Shown: positions 39,415 to 52,344, counted from the first letter of the stretch. The stretch is DNA of 53,390 bases from Selaginella moellendorffii (GCF_000143415.4 NW_003314313.1:1326490-1379879); one strand, 5' to 3'. The notes: generated from the letters alone by a model not told the origin. Program-made: numbers and translations.

Positions 39415-42400
39415 ATCTTGTAATCAATCTTGCAAATTAATAAAGTAATATATTTCTATCAATCAAAAGTGTCGTTTCTCTCGATCAATTGTACTTGGGT
39501 CAGTTTTGGCAGGCTGACTTCGGCACTTCGGTGCATGGGTCCAATCCATAACCATGGGGATACCTATTATAGACTGATCACAAGTCCCCGCCTCTCTCTC
39601 GATGACTCCTTTTCAAAAAAAAAAAAAAAAAGGGGCGTGGTCGTGTAAACAACTTAATCTGCCAGTTTATAATAGTTGTCTAAATCTTCCCGACGGGGTT
39701 GATTTCTTGCTCAGGGGCAGTTGGGCCTCTGGCCTTCTCCCTATATCCCTGCGGGCAGGGATGTATCATTCCTTTGTAAGCTGAGTGGTACTCAGAGCAG
39801 CAAGGGTGGCTAACTCCGTTGGTCATTTCCTTGTCGGCGACGGCCGGAGGGTGTCTGAGTCTTAACATCTTTGGACGTAGAGGAGAGGTCGTTCCATAAC
39901 TCATTTAAGTCGGTGTGTTTCCCACATAGTGTGCTTTCCGTTAACTTTCGGAGTTGTTTCCTTGACGGTTTGCTAGACTCGGGTATGCATCGACGAGGAC
40001 GTCGATCTTCCCCAAGGGGGGGAGAGTGTCGCGAACGTGACTTTGGGTATCGAAAGATACTTGTCGACCGGTCCTTACGGATACTCTTTCCTTACTGCCA
40101 TGACGGCAGGAGATCGGTACAGTTGGATCCCTTTAGTAGCCCCTCTTGTGCTAGTGGAGTTAACTGGGCATTCCGAGTGTACTTAGACCGGACGAGCATA
40201 AGGACGGAATTCCTACGTGCTATTAGCTAAGCATACTTAGCCCGGTAAGGAGTTCCCGTCTCGTTATGTCTTGCACTGGCTAGTGACAAGAACCCTCGCG
40301 TATTGAGACTAGTCCCTCAATATCGCTGGATGATAGCTTACCGTGTCTGCCAAACACCCTCGCTATCACGCCCTTTGTGTTGGTCTCATTTCGGTCCCAA
40401 ATGCTATTTATGGAAAGTGTCTAGATTAGCTTATTTGGCATATCTACGGAATGTAGAGATCGGCCTGAACACAATGGTGTTTGTCGCGTGTCCAAATTCG
40501 CAATCTAAGGACATTCCATATTTAGTAAGTTTCGAGCTTGTCCCAGAGACTAACTCCTGGTACTAAGGGAGGCTTGGGGTGAAAGCCCAAAGCGTGTGTT
40601 CCTCAAGGGGGGGGGGCTATGGGGGGTTCCAAATGTATAGTAGGGATAGTGGTTGGATGCATGTCCGACCACCTGAGACATTAGTTTGGCTCCCGCTGGG
40701 CTGTGTCGCTCCTTGTTCTGCGTCCGGCTTGGGTCTAAGCCCAAGCTCCACGCTGCTCTAGTCGGTGGAGTACCCTCCTTCTCGCATTAGGCCACCGGTA
40801 TGCCAAAATTGTGCCAGACTCCGTCTGACACCATTTTGCGTGCAGGTGCTGGATACGGGGAGTTGGTGCTCGTGGGATTGTACCGGACCCTCGTTTCGTA
40901 GTGCAACGGGCTTGGAGTTCGGCTCCAAATTCAGGTGCGCTACATTAAGTGACTAAAGTAGAATGGAAAAATTAGTCTCTTACAGTTAGATATACCCTTA
41001 CAAGGGATAAATTGCTTATGTGGCGATATAGTGAGTCAATGTCGTGAAAGGAAATGCTCATTGTCAAGGAGACCATCATTGGGATACCCAAACACCCTAG
41101 AACACTAGGAGGTGGTGTTTAGTGTTGCAAGGGCAATAGATAAGGCCCAAGGGACTAACTCCCTCGCGAATGATGGATGGAAGGTGCTATCCAAATGTCC
41201 AAGGTTGCGGAGATGGGAGAAGACTGTCTACCCGAATTGGACAAAGCCAAAAATGGAATTTTGGGAAAGCTAGTGATGGGCATGTAAGGGCCCATAAGCA
41301 ACAACGTTAATCCCGGTGTGTGGGATTATAAGGTGAGCATACCTGGATTGAGGAACCACTCCCTAAGCTGTCGGGTAGGTTCATCCCCAAGAATACTTGC
41401 TAAGGCATGGTAGAAAGTGCAAAGCTATCCTCCTAGTTTGGAGGTGAATAACCGAAGGAAAGGTGTGAAGCCAAGAAACAAGTAGTAAGGGGATAGAATA
41501 GAACCATAGGAATCGAAGGGCATGACCAAGGCTGGTTATGTTAACTGGGAGTGGAGAATCAAGTGGGGGCTCGAGGGTGTTGTTGCTAGCAACCGTGATG
41601 CCATGGAAAGTCTAAAATATGGAGTTGTCCATGTTAGACTATATGGCAACTAAAAAGCTTGCGTAAAGGGAGGCCTTAGCAAGCTAAGGGACAGAGTTCC
41701 TTCAAAAGTTCCTAAAAACGATTCTAGGTAGCTTAGTACCTGGAAAGGCCAAGTGTAAATGGTTCATGGAACGCACAAAATCAGAGTGGCACAGCAGAAG
41801 TGTGGTCTTGAAGCTTGCTATGAGGCAAGGCTATCAAGGTTAGGGAAGTAGTTCCCGAGTGTTCAAAGAGAGGGCTTTGAATGAAAGTTGATGGTCAAGG
41901 ACTTCCGCGCTTATGCAGGAACCATGTTACAGTGGCCAAAAGACTTGCCAAGTGAGATTGGCAAGTCGGGGGAACAAATACCCTAGTTGAAGGTGATAAC
42001 TTCAAAAAGGGTGGGCCATGGGGCCAAGCATGGAGGAGTCCATGCATGATCACAGACTTGTCAAGTGAAAGGACTTGGCAGTGTGGAGGAACTAGGTTCC
42101 TAAGCTGTGATCTGTAGCGCGCTTTAAGTATAAGTTGGTGCACTGGCGTGATGAGTCATGCCAGGCATCTAGGGTGATGCCATCCGTAGATGCATATACG
42201 GAGGTTGGGTTCGAGTCCCGACCCTCTAGTGCTTGGGTTCGAGTCCCAAATCGCTAGGGCGTGGTGATGGTTTGGAATATGAGGGCACTCATATTTCGGT
42301 GGTCATGGACTCTCAATGAGGAGATTGGCTTGGGCACACCGCCAAGCGGGGGATGCCCCAGAGTCGTGATACACGGTTAGATTGCTTAGAGTGAAAGCTC

Positions 42401-42978
42401 GGCATATCTAACTTGAACACTTTGGTGCAAAGGGCACCAATGACGTGGTGAATGAGATGGGGACACCCAGTCTCAGTTGCTATGGATCCTTGGCCGGAAG
42501 GGTTGGCTTGGGCACATCGCCAAGTGTGGGGGATGCCCCCAGGGTCATAGTCAACAACTTAAAAGGGTCTGGAAGACCTAGTCCCTATTGGTAGACCTAT
42601 TAAGGGGTCAAGATGAGATCACTAGGTGATCTTGTGGCTAAATAAGGATAAGGTCCTTGTTTGGGCTAAGGAATAAGGTTCCTAGTTCAAAGTGTTGATT
42701 TGAACTACTGATAATGGTGTGGCTTGGTCAAGGTGACCAAGTGGGAAGAGCACCTATGGGAAATGAGCTATGTCATGGCTATGGCATAGTAAGTCCGAGG
42801 AAAGTAGTCTCTATAAAAGATCCAAGGGAGGGTCTCAAAAGTTGGGCCGTGGATAGAGCCCATAGCAGGAAATGTTAAAGAGACGTACTACACCCTTTGG
42901 ACTTGGCAAAGTAAAGTCTTTGTTATGGAATCAAGAGGATACCTCGAGAATGAAGGTAATGATCCGATGTTGTTAGGT

Positions 42979-44122
42979 TGTCGCGAATGTGACTTCAGGT
43001 ATCGAAAGTTACCTGTCGGCTAGTCCTTACGGACACTCTTACCTTACTGCCACGATGGCAGGAGGTCGGTATTGCTGGTTCCCTTTATTAGCCCCTCTTG
43101 TTCAAGTGTTAGTTTACTGGGCTTAGCACCTGTACTTAGCCAGATGGACATAAGGTAGGAACTCCTATGTGTTTCTAGCTGAGCATACTCGGCCTGGCTT
43201 TTAGTTCTCTTTTGCTCTGTCTTGCACTGGCTTGACAAGAACCCTCGCGTATTGAGATTGGTCCCTCAATATCGCTACATGATAGCTTACCGTGTCTGCC
43301 AAACACCCTCGCTATCATGCCCTTTGTGTTAGTCTCATTTTGGTCCCAAATGCTATTTATGGAAAGTGTCCAGATTTGCTCATTTGGCATATCTACGGAA
43401 TGTAGAGATTGGCCTGAACACAATGGTGTTTGTCCCGTGTCCAAATTCGCAATCTAAGGACATTCCATATTTAGTAAGTTTCGAGCTTGTCCCAGAGACT
43501 AACTCTTGATACTAAGGGAGGCTTGGGGTGAAAGCCCAAAGCGTGTGTTCCTCAAGGGGGGGGGGCTATGGGGGGTTCCAAATGTATAGTAGGGATAGTG
43601 GGTAGGTCGGGCATGGCCGACCAACCTGAGGCATAGTCTAGCTCCCGCTTGCGTGCCTGTCCTTGTTCTGCGTCCGGCTTGGGTCTAAGCCCAAGTTCCA
43701 TTCCATGCTAGTTGGTGGAGTACCCATATCCTCACGTTAGGCCACCGGTATGCCGAAATAGTGCCAGACTCCATTTGGCTCCGTTTTGCGTGCTGGTCCT
43801 GGCATTGGTATGCTGGTTGCTCCAGGACTGTTCCAAGTCGCTCCGGGCTCCTGTCCCTTCGCTCCTTGGGCTATATGCTCGGGAGTTGCTCCGTGGTCCG
43901 GTTTCATCACTCCTTGGCGTCACGCTTGGGAGTTTGGCACCGTTCCTTCGTTCAGTGGCTCAAGGCCCTGAACCTCGGGTTCCTATGGACATGTGGCACG
44001 GACACGTGGTATGTGACACGTGGCATCTATCACGTGGCACAAAGAGGGTTTAGGTTCCGCTTCGTGGTGTTATCCTATGGTAAATCACCATAGGATAAAG
44101 GGTCAAAACCACGTGCGCTACA
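42979..44122 (+). mobile_element. solo LTR of the non-autonomous family
   Basis: TG..CA, 1144 bp, TSD TAGGT on both sides, no PBS or PPT adjacent. Confidence 0.95.
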
Positions 44123-44987
44123 TAGGTGCAACAATCAAAGATAGGAGCAAAAGACTAATGGCTAAGAAAAGAGCCATGGGAATCATGGGAAAGAAACCAA
44201 ATGGCAAAGTTAGGCCGAGAACACTAACGTGTTGGGTGCTGACGGATTGTGGGAAGGGAAATGGACTTCCAAGGATAGATTCCCAAGTGCTCCAATTTGG
44301 CGAAGTAAAAGCTCCCAGTAAGGAGCGGCAAAGTAGCCAAAGGGTAGGGTCGTGAACAGCCCTAGCACAAATAATGATAATTGGAATGTAGTGCCAATGG
44401 TGGCACAAAATAGAAAAGAGGATGATGGTGCCCTCGAGTAGAGAACTCCCTAGGATGGGGAAGCGGAGTTGCACAAAAGGTGCAAAGCAAGGTGTTGGAG
44501 ATACCTAGGAAATTGACTTCAAGAAGTCAAAATTAAAAGTTCCAAAGTGCAAAGGTTATATCAATGGGAACTAAGACTACTCGAGTATGAGTAGTGGGAA
44601 TTGAGTTAGAGAAGATGTCTCTAATAGGTTTAGCAAGAACTAAACCAATAAAAGGGAGCAAACCACCCAAAGTGGTCGAATAAGTCTCCATGTTGGAAAG
44701 ACTATGCTCCTTAGAGGATGGGCAAGGCGTGGTTTACCGTTCAATGAGGATATCGAACTTCGTCTATGGGTGGTGGAGTTGTGAGACACAAAATCCTTAG
44801 GCCCCAAAGTGGAGCCGGAAAGGGTGCCACGTGGTAGTGGCCGAAGCGAAAGCCAAACGAGCATAACACGTTTGGACTAAAAGCTCCGACTTGAGAGGTC
44901 GAGAGTGGGAGTGGAACTCCCAACAAAGTGCTCGAGGAACAAGCACGAAGCAAGCAATAAGCGAGGCTCCAAAACGGGACACAAAAG

Positions 44988-45452
44988 GACCGAGACGGAG
45001 TCCGAGATGGAGTCCGAGATGGACCGAGACAGAGTCCGAGATGGAGTCCGAGATGGAGTCCGAGATGGAGTCCGAGATGGACCGAGATGGAGTCTGAGAT
45101 GGAGTCCGAGATGGAGTCCGAAGTGGAGTCCGAGATGGACCGAGATGGAGTCCGAGATGGAGTCCGAGATGGAGTCCGAGATGGAGTCCGAAGTGGAGTC
45201 CGAGATGGACGGAGATGGAGTCCGAGATGGAGTCCGAGATGGAGCTGAGATGGAGTCCGAGACCGGGACCGTGACTGAGACCGGGACTGAGACCGAGACC
45301 GAGACCAGGACCGAGACCGAGACCGAGGCGAAGGCCGAGACTGAGTCCGAGTTTGAGTCCGAGTCCGAGTCCGAGTCCGAGTCTGAGTCCGAGTCCGAGT
45401 CCGAGTCCGAGTACGAGTCCGAGTCCGAGTTCGAGTCCGAGTTCGAGTCTGA
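44988..45452 (+). repeat. compound minisatellite (GAGATGGAGTCC)n-(GAGACC)n-(GAGTCC)n
   Basis: Directly visible. Confidence 0.95.
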
Positions 45453-45454
45453 GA

Positions 45455-45526
45455 GGGTGAAAGCCCAAAGCGTTCGTCTCCCAGACCTTGGGGGGTTTGG
45501 TGAGCTCCAAAAGTATAGAAAGGGGG
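45455..45526 (+). promoter_or_regulatory. Pol I promoter-like module in repeat H (copy b)
   Basis: GGGTGAAAGCCCAAAGCG...TCCAAAAGTATAGAAAGGGGG, 65-nt spacing. Confidence 0.5.
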
Positions 45527-45906
45527 AGGACTGCAGTGGAGCTAGTTTGGCCAGGAAAGCCCAGTTTGGCCCGGACCCAGTGTTGGGTGATGAACTGACC
45601 ACTGGGAAGTCCAAGACTAGAGTGAATACGGACCGACAAGCGGGGTAGCTTGATGAAGTGTTCAAGAGCTTGAACTCGAAGCTTGAACTCGGACTGGGAC
45701 AAATAGCCAAAAGCTGTTGTCCCAGAAAGAGGAGGGACTTTCTTACCTGTAGGATGATGGGTGGGGAGTGGAGGCTCTCGGGCAGCTGGGGTTGAACTGC
45801 GGCTGCCCAGCTCTGCTTCCCATACAAACGAGAGTTGGCTCGCTTGCCAGGGTCACGTCGTGGCGCTTCGATGGCTCCCCTTGTGTGCCTCACCTTGTGG
45901 GCTTCC

Positions 45907-48900
45907 TGTAGCGCACGTGGTTTTGACCCTTTATCCTATGGTGATTTACCATAGGATAACACCACGAAGCGGAACCTAAACCCTCTTTGTGCCACGTGAC
46001 AGATGCCACGTGTCACATGCCACGTGTCCATGCCACGTGTTCATAGGAACCCGAGGTTTAGGGCCTTGGGCCACTGAACGAAGGAACGGTGCCAAACTCC
46101 CAAGCATGACGCCAAGGAGTGATGAAACCGGACCACGGAGCAACTCCCGAGCATATAGCCCAAGGAGCGAAGGGACAGGGGCCCAGAGCGACTTGGAACA
46201 GTCCTAGAGCAACCAGCATCCCAATGCCAGGACCAGCACGCAAAACGGAGCCAAACGGAGTCTGGCGCTATTTCGGCATACCGGTGGCCTAACGCGAGGA
46301 TATGGGTACTCCACCAACTAGCATGGAATGGAACTTGGGCTTAGACCCAAGCCGGACGCAGAACAAGGACAGGCACGCAAGCGGGAGCTAGACTATGCCT
46401 CAGGTTGGTCGGCCATGCCCGACCTACCCACTATCCCTACTATACATTTGGAACCCCCCACAGCCCCCCCCCCCTTGAGGAACACACGCTTTGGGCTTTC
46501 ACCCCAAGCCTCCCTTAGTATCAGGAGTTAGTCTCTGGGACAAACTCGAAACTTACTAAATATGGAATGTCCTTAGAATGCGAATTTGGACACGGGACGA
46601 ACACCATTGTGTTCAGGCCGACCTCTACATTCCGTAAATGTGCCAAATGAGTGAATCTAAACACTTTCCATAAATAGCATTTGGGACCGAAATGAGACTA
46701 ACACAAAGGGCATGATAGCGAGGGTGTTTGGCAGACACGGTAAGCTATCATGTAGCGATATTGAGGGACCAATCTCAATACGCGAGGGTTCTTGTCAAGC
46801 CAGTGCAAGACAGAGCAAAAGAGAACTAAAAAGCCAGGCCAAGTATGCTTGGCTGAATAGACACTTAGGAATTCCGTCCTTATGCTCATCCGGCCAAGTA
46901 CAGATGCAAAGTCCAGTTTACTAACACTTGAACAAGAGGGGCTGATAAAGGGTCCAGCAATACCGACCTCCTGCCATCGTGGCAGTAAGGAAAGAGTGTC
47001 CGTAAGGATTGGTCGACAGGTAACTTTCGATACCCGAAGTCACATTCGCGACACTCTCCCCCCCTTGGGGAAGATCGACGTCCTCGTCGATGCATACTCG
47101 AGTCTAGAATACCGCCAAGGAAACAACTCCAGAAAAAGTTCACGGTACTCACACTATGTGAGAAATGCACCAACTTAAATGAGTTAAGGGGGTAACCTCT
47201 TTGTCTAACGCGGATGCGCTACCAGCTCAGACACCTTCCGGCCGTCGCCGACAAGGAAATGACCAACAGAATCAGCCACCCTTGCTGCTCTGGGTGTCAC
47301 CCAGCTACAAAAGTGTGATATGCCCTGCCCGCAGAGACATAGAGAGAGAAGCTAGAGGCCCCAACCCTCCTGAGCAAAGAAACCAAACCCGTCGGTAAGG
47401 TTTAGATAGACTACTGTCAACAGGCAGTTTAGAGTTGTTTACACGGTCACGCCCTTTCACGGAACAAGGAACATCGACAGAGAGGCGGGTTATGTGACCA
47501 GTCGACAATAGCTACCCCATGACTAGAGATTTCACCATGCACACGAAGTGCCGAAGCCAGTCTGCCTATACTGGCCCAAACTCAAAGATCAATATATATG
47601 GACATATCAAAGTCATAAACAATGATATCTTAGAGATTGAATTATCAGTGAATAAAGCTTAGATTAGAACACAAAAGTATTCCAAGTAAGTTATCATCCG
47701 ATAAACTAGTATTACAGTATAGGAACCACCAAGACCATTATAATTGGTAAACATAGGATTCACCATCTAACAAAATTCAATAGCAAGTATATCATCAAGG
47801 AAACTCAATGATAAAACTTAACTACCGAAAATCGCTGATAGCATGCCAAACAACTCACAAAACACAACTCAAAGAACACAAAGTATCATTGACTAACAAG
47901 CACAATGCTCGCGAATGTATCACCCGAAGGAATAACATCCTAATCTATGAGAACTAACTCAAGCAATAATCAATAGAACAAAATGAATGTTGCAAAGCAA
48001 ACAAACGCTTGTTCATATTAGCCATTACACTAGCCAATCCAAATAGATCCCAGCCAACAATACCAAGGAACTCAAGTTGCCTAAGCAAGTGTCAGCAACA
48101 TCCTACTGATGTCTCAAGCCCAAGAGACCAATCCAGAGCAAACCACAATGAATATGTGGTATTGTGAAAAGCCAAAAGCCATCAAAGAGAACAATTAACT
48201 ATCATGAAAGATCGTCAATCAGCCCATCAATGTAGTGATGTATAATCATCGTTGAAGAAAGAATCTACCATCCCGAAGAATAGCAAATAATTCCAAACCA
48301 ACAATAATCAAGCAAAACTTGTGATAAGGACAATCAACTACCCTAGATGATAGTCAATCATCACCAATGATTGCCAGATGCAAAAACCAACTTCAACATC
48401 GAAGCTAATGAGCCAAAATGCCTTCCCCCAACAACTTCAAACAAATGGAACAATGAGCACAAAACTCAAGAACCAAAAGCTCGAAAAAGCCTATAATTAA
48501 GTCTTGCCTAATAATGATCACGAGTCTCATAGAAGCTAACTTCAATGCTAAAGAAGAAATCATGGTGCAACCCACAATATCTTCCTCAACACATCCATAA
48601 GCCAAACTTCATAATGCCAAAGCTAATGAAGAGCATTTCTGCATCAATCCAAAAGCTAAGCATAACGAAGCTATGCTTAACAAGTGATCATCAAACGATC
48701 CTCCATGAATCCATCTACAGCAAGACGTAACTCACGTCATAACAAGTACAAGGCAAATCATCAATGATCAATATATTTGAATTCAAACCCAATAACGATT
48801 CAAACTTTCCAATATTGATCACTAACTCTTTCGCTTGTAGAGTTAGCATAGTCCACGACTGAATCACTTTTCAAGGACAAGCTTAAAGCTCAACCCTTAC

Positions 48901-51900
48901 TAAACAAACTCATCGAGAACACAACTAACTCAACTTGCCACTCAGTTCATTTGAATGTCAACACAGTTGCTAACTAGCAATTGCACGAATGCTAACAACA
49001 CAAAGCTACAGCCAAATCATCAACACTATCTTCATCAAGACTAACGAAACTCGACATCAATCTTGCGGAGAGACATCTCATTTCACTGAAATCTCAATAT
49101 CAACAATATCAATGACAAAGCATCACTTCAATGCCATCAACACCAGGACAAAGCTAGAAGAAAGCACAAGTGAATCACCACTCAAAACTCTCCAGCAACA
49201 AAGCTAACCGAAGTCGAAGATACTTTAGTCAGTATCCAAGACCAATCCTCTAACAATACTCAATTACAGATAACACGTCATCAAGGAGTGAATCACCACA
49301 TCCAAGACTCAATGAAATCCAACACTACGGACTAAATGTAACCAAATGATATCAACAGAGGTAGAGTCGACATGTCAACATGGAAAACCCATGTATGTCT
49401 AACGACACAATCCTCCGCAACACTATTCGGTAAAGCAAGCCCACCACTACTAAATCATCATCGAGCAAAGCAAGTGTCAACGGTCTTTTTTTGACAAAGT
49501 CTACAAGTAATCACTAGTCGCAAAGCAACTAACAATCGCCCTTCAACTTGCCTTCACAAGACCCGAACACTAACTCATGTCATCGAGTTATATACTTGTC
49601 CAACATGAATATAATACCCCAGGTACGAGATAAAAGTTCATAGACAAGCACAAACTAAATGACCACTCGAATCCAACTCAACCGCAATAAGCTCACTAAT
49701 GCATTTAGTCAATAGCTCTGAGCATGCCTTGAAGAGGCTAGCTATGTGATCAACACTCAGTCGAAACTAAAGTGAAGACCATGAGATGGACTCATATCGG
49801 TACACAACCTCCTCATAGACAAAGCTATAGTACGGGTACCAACATCTCAACCTCAAACAACTAAGTTGGACATCACCATCCTCAGCCAAGGTGCAGGGCC
49901 ACCAAGACCAAGTCAAGATCAGTGAGAGCTCACTACTCTCATAGAGTCTAACGAAATGCAAGGTGCAAACTATCACCAAGCACAACGCTACAAAAGAAAG
50001 GCACAAGGGTCACCTTTCTTAGAAAAGCGCAACAGCCACTTTTCTACACCAACTCTAGACTCTATCCAACTCAATTGTTTTAGCCCCAAAAGTCAGCATC
50101 CCTTTCGGGCTGCATCATACAAACTACTTACTAAGATCTAAGCCAATCAAAGTCAACTCCAACCCCTTCACTAGTTTGTACTGGCTTTCAAAAATGGAAT
50201 GGTTTTCGAGCAAAGTGATCAATAGATCAGCCATTGGAAAAGTCTAAGAAAATTTGTGGAAAATTTTCCATCCTAGAGAAAGAATGACTCTCAATCCAGA
50301 ATTGCAAACTTTCAAGACTCAACCAACTTCCTCCTACTAACAACTCCACATAGGTTCACCTCAACAAAAATTCTCATGATCCAAAAATATGCTTAAGCAT
50401 CGAACATCTTTGCCCATCTAACCGATATCCAACACCGTCATCCGCAAAGTGCAAAATGAACATCCAAGGCTTGATCACGAAGACCACATCTTCGGATATC
50501 CATATTGCATTAACACTCTTCTTCAATCACCTTCAAGATTCAATGTGAAGTCAAAACACTAACAAGAAAAATGACATGGAAAAATCAAGGTCCAAGGAAA
50601 ATTCCTCATCACTTGAAATAACAATGCCACCTCCACTAACACAAGTGCTAGTGATGTCAATGCCCCAACTACACATCTTCTCCATCCAACAATCTACTCC
50701 AAGTGCTAACGGATCAACAGATGAGCTATAGCAAATGAATGCTACAACCCATTCCTAACACCTTATGGGCAAACCCTCAAGGAAACAAGGTACTAACATA
50801 AGCTTAGCATAATGGACCACCATTGAGAATCCAGTCAAAGCTACTACAATGCTACTTCGTGCAAGTAGACTAGCTTCTCCATCAACCACTTTGGGGTTGA
50901 TCATCATTTACCCAAGCAACTTCGTAAACACATTACTCATTATCACATGGATATGATATAAATCACAATGACTTGATCATCAATTGAGTAACGCAATGAG
51001 CAATGCCTATGTCATTACTTCAAACGTTTATGTGAGTATCAAATGCCAACTCGATTCGACAAAATGCAACATAAATGCCACACTCCACCAATAGAGGTTT
51101 ACGACACCCAACACCACTAACTTTTGTTCATAACATGGACAAGCTCATGCCACTCTCTTTCCGACCAAACTCAAAACTAATCCAACACCAAGCTATTCAA
51201 GGAGCAATAGCAAGGTTCCCCGGAAAAGAATTGAGCATTGCAACCCAAGTCTTCCAATAGCGAGCCTAGACAAAATGGTTTAGTGTTTCACCACTATCCA
51301 TCCCATAACTCACCATTGTAAAACTACCATCTCCAACATGCATCAAGATAGGGACTCATGATTGCATGATGTGAACACAAGCAATGAGTTAACACCTCGT
51401 TGCAAATCATCTCTCCAAGAAGAGAAGATGATTTACGTATTTGATCCTCCGTCCCCGATGACTCTCTTTTCGGTCTCATCTTTGACCAAACCTCAAACTT
51501 GCTTTCGCACTGCCTTCAGTTCAATCGAAGAAAAGTTTATAAGAGAGCATGGCAATGATTACTTGAACCAATAGACTATTCCCTATAGTCTTGATTGATC
51601 CAATCATAATCATGCCTAGGAAGGATCCACTAGTGCCGTGCTAAACAGCTATGGACCAGCCTATTTGCCACTCACAGCAAACCCAGGGAGGTTTGCTTTT
51701 CACCCATGGTACAAGGAACAACTCACGGAACCACTAGAACAACTTATGGAACCAATGATAGGCTAACATTAATCCTGCCAACTCAAAGTGTAACCTCGAG
51801 TTGCTAATGTGCCTCACTCACGAGCCCAAGCTCAAACTCGTGCAAATGGAACATCTCCAAACCATCCTATGAGCCCAAGCGCAAGCTCACATCATAAGGT

Positions 51901-52344
51901 ACAACAAGGTAACCCAAAACCTATCCCAAGGAACCAATGCGAAGTCTTTGCACCAAAACGTGTACCCACTCGGATCATCGTTTTCATCTCTGCGTATGCA
52001 ACGAGACTAGTTGCCCAATCTCATTGGATAGTACTCGCCGAGACTCATCCTCTGATACCAAATGTAGCGCACGTGGTTTTGACCCTTTATCCTATGGTGA
52101 TTTACCATAGGATAACACCACGAAGCGGAACCTAAACCCTCTTTGTGCCACGTGACAGATGCCACGTGTCACATGCCACGTGTCCATGCCACGTGTTCAT
52201 AGGAACCCGAGGTTCAGGGCCTTGGGCCACTGAACGAAGGAACGGTGCCAAACTCCCAAGCGTGACGCCAAGGAGTGATGAAACCGGACCACGGAGCAAC
52301 TCCCGAGCATATAGCCCAAGGAGCGAAGGGACAGGGGCCCGGAG
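45907..52344 (-). mobile_element. non-autonomous LTR retrotransposon E5; 5' LTR interrupted by E6
   Basis: 3' LTR 45907-47053, PPT from 47054, PBS ending 52060, 5' LTR part 52063-52344; left flank CTTCC is the candidate TSD. Confidence 0.92.

Larger units (their letters stand above)
33581..40944 (+). mobile_element. intact autonomous Ty3/gypsy chromovirus E4 (Galadriel-like by Gag motif, tentative)
   Basis: 918-bp LTRs 33581-34498 and 40027-40944 (3 differences noticed, all transitions); TSD TTAAG; PBS TGGTATCAGAGC 34501-34512; PPT before 40027; uninterrupted gag-pol. Confidence 0.97.
40945..45906 (+). repeat. non-coding host repeat H, copy b (continues from 33208-33580; interrupted by a solo LTR)
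   Basis: Continuity across the TSDs TAGGA, TTAAG and TAGGT; paralogy with 22135-25727; ends in sequence homologous to rDNA spacer 2155-2381. Confidence 0.7.

Noticed and set aside
7555-52344. Sequence-specific integration target
   Set aside because: Target duplications or flanks GGTTG, GATGA, TAGGA, TTAAG, TAGGT, CTTCC and CGGAG share no clear consensus.
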